In this document: positions 63,786-64,000 of the stretch, piece after piece
How the letters are laid out: every line of letters starts with the position of its first letter
How positions within the stretch are numbered: position 1 is the stretch's first letter
From: Glycera tridactyla
Lineage: Eukaryota
Assembly (NCBI GenBank): GCA_965644265.1
Contig: OZ286466.1
Location: forward strand, 45,632,001-45,696,000
Direction of reading: 5' to 3'
DNA length: 64,000 nucleotides
Made by a program: the position numbers and the translations under genes
The notes under the pieces: model-generated
Told to the model about the DNA's origin: nothing
Databases searched by the model: none
Seen by the model: the letters and a program-made list of their open reading frames with translations, nothing else

Positions 63786-64000
63786 ATAGTGATTGAATGT
63801 ATTCCAAGTTTTGGAGACAGTATTTCTTGGAGACTCATCGGATATTAGATTCTCAGTTTGGGTGCAAAGTGGGAGATGCAATGGATCTTGGTTCCGCGGT
63901 CTGATTGGAACTGCGAAATTTATTGCATCTTAGGTTCCCTGTTGATGGGATCGAGGAGACAAATCCGATATTATGTGCCCAGTGTCATGGGTATGGGGAG

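Overview
This is animal (eukaryotic) genomic DNA that is repeat-dense and largely non-coding. The repeat types resemble those of marine invertebrates such as molluscs; that taxonomic guess is inference. There are no prokaryotic features (no operons, rRNA or CRISPR), and I could not confidently identify a host gene, only a few candidate exons. Most N runs sit inside microsatellites and look like hard-masking, so ORFs crossing them are artefacts. Main contents: (1) a Penelope-like retroelement (RT plus GIY-YIG, frameshifted) at 22.86-26.44 kb, with a 938-bp internal tandem expansion and a minimal hammerhead-ribozyme-like motif in its 3' region; (2) several non-autonomous Helentron-type (HINE/DINE-1-like) elements, the largest (48.77-53.12 kb) carrying about 24 copies of a 147-bp satellite with a 589-bp four-monomer higher-order repeat; (3) more than 20 copies of one ~290-bp SINE-like family; (4) a ~3.45-kb tandem duplication (54.2-57.6 and 58.4-61.9 kb) whose junction is a hybrid SINE later interrupted by a HINE; (5) decayed LINE fragments (CR1/L2, RTE, RTE-X, Tx1/L1-like), pogo-like MITEs, minisatellites and microsatellites. 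All of these element classes are already known. The specific families and their arrangement here may be undescribed, but I found no evidence of a wholly new biological system. All alignments were done by eye, and SINE and LINE-fragment boundaries are approximate.
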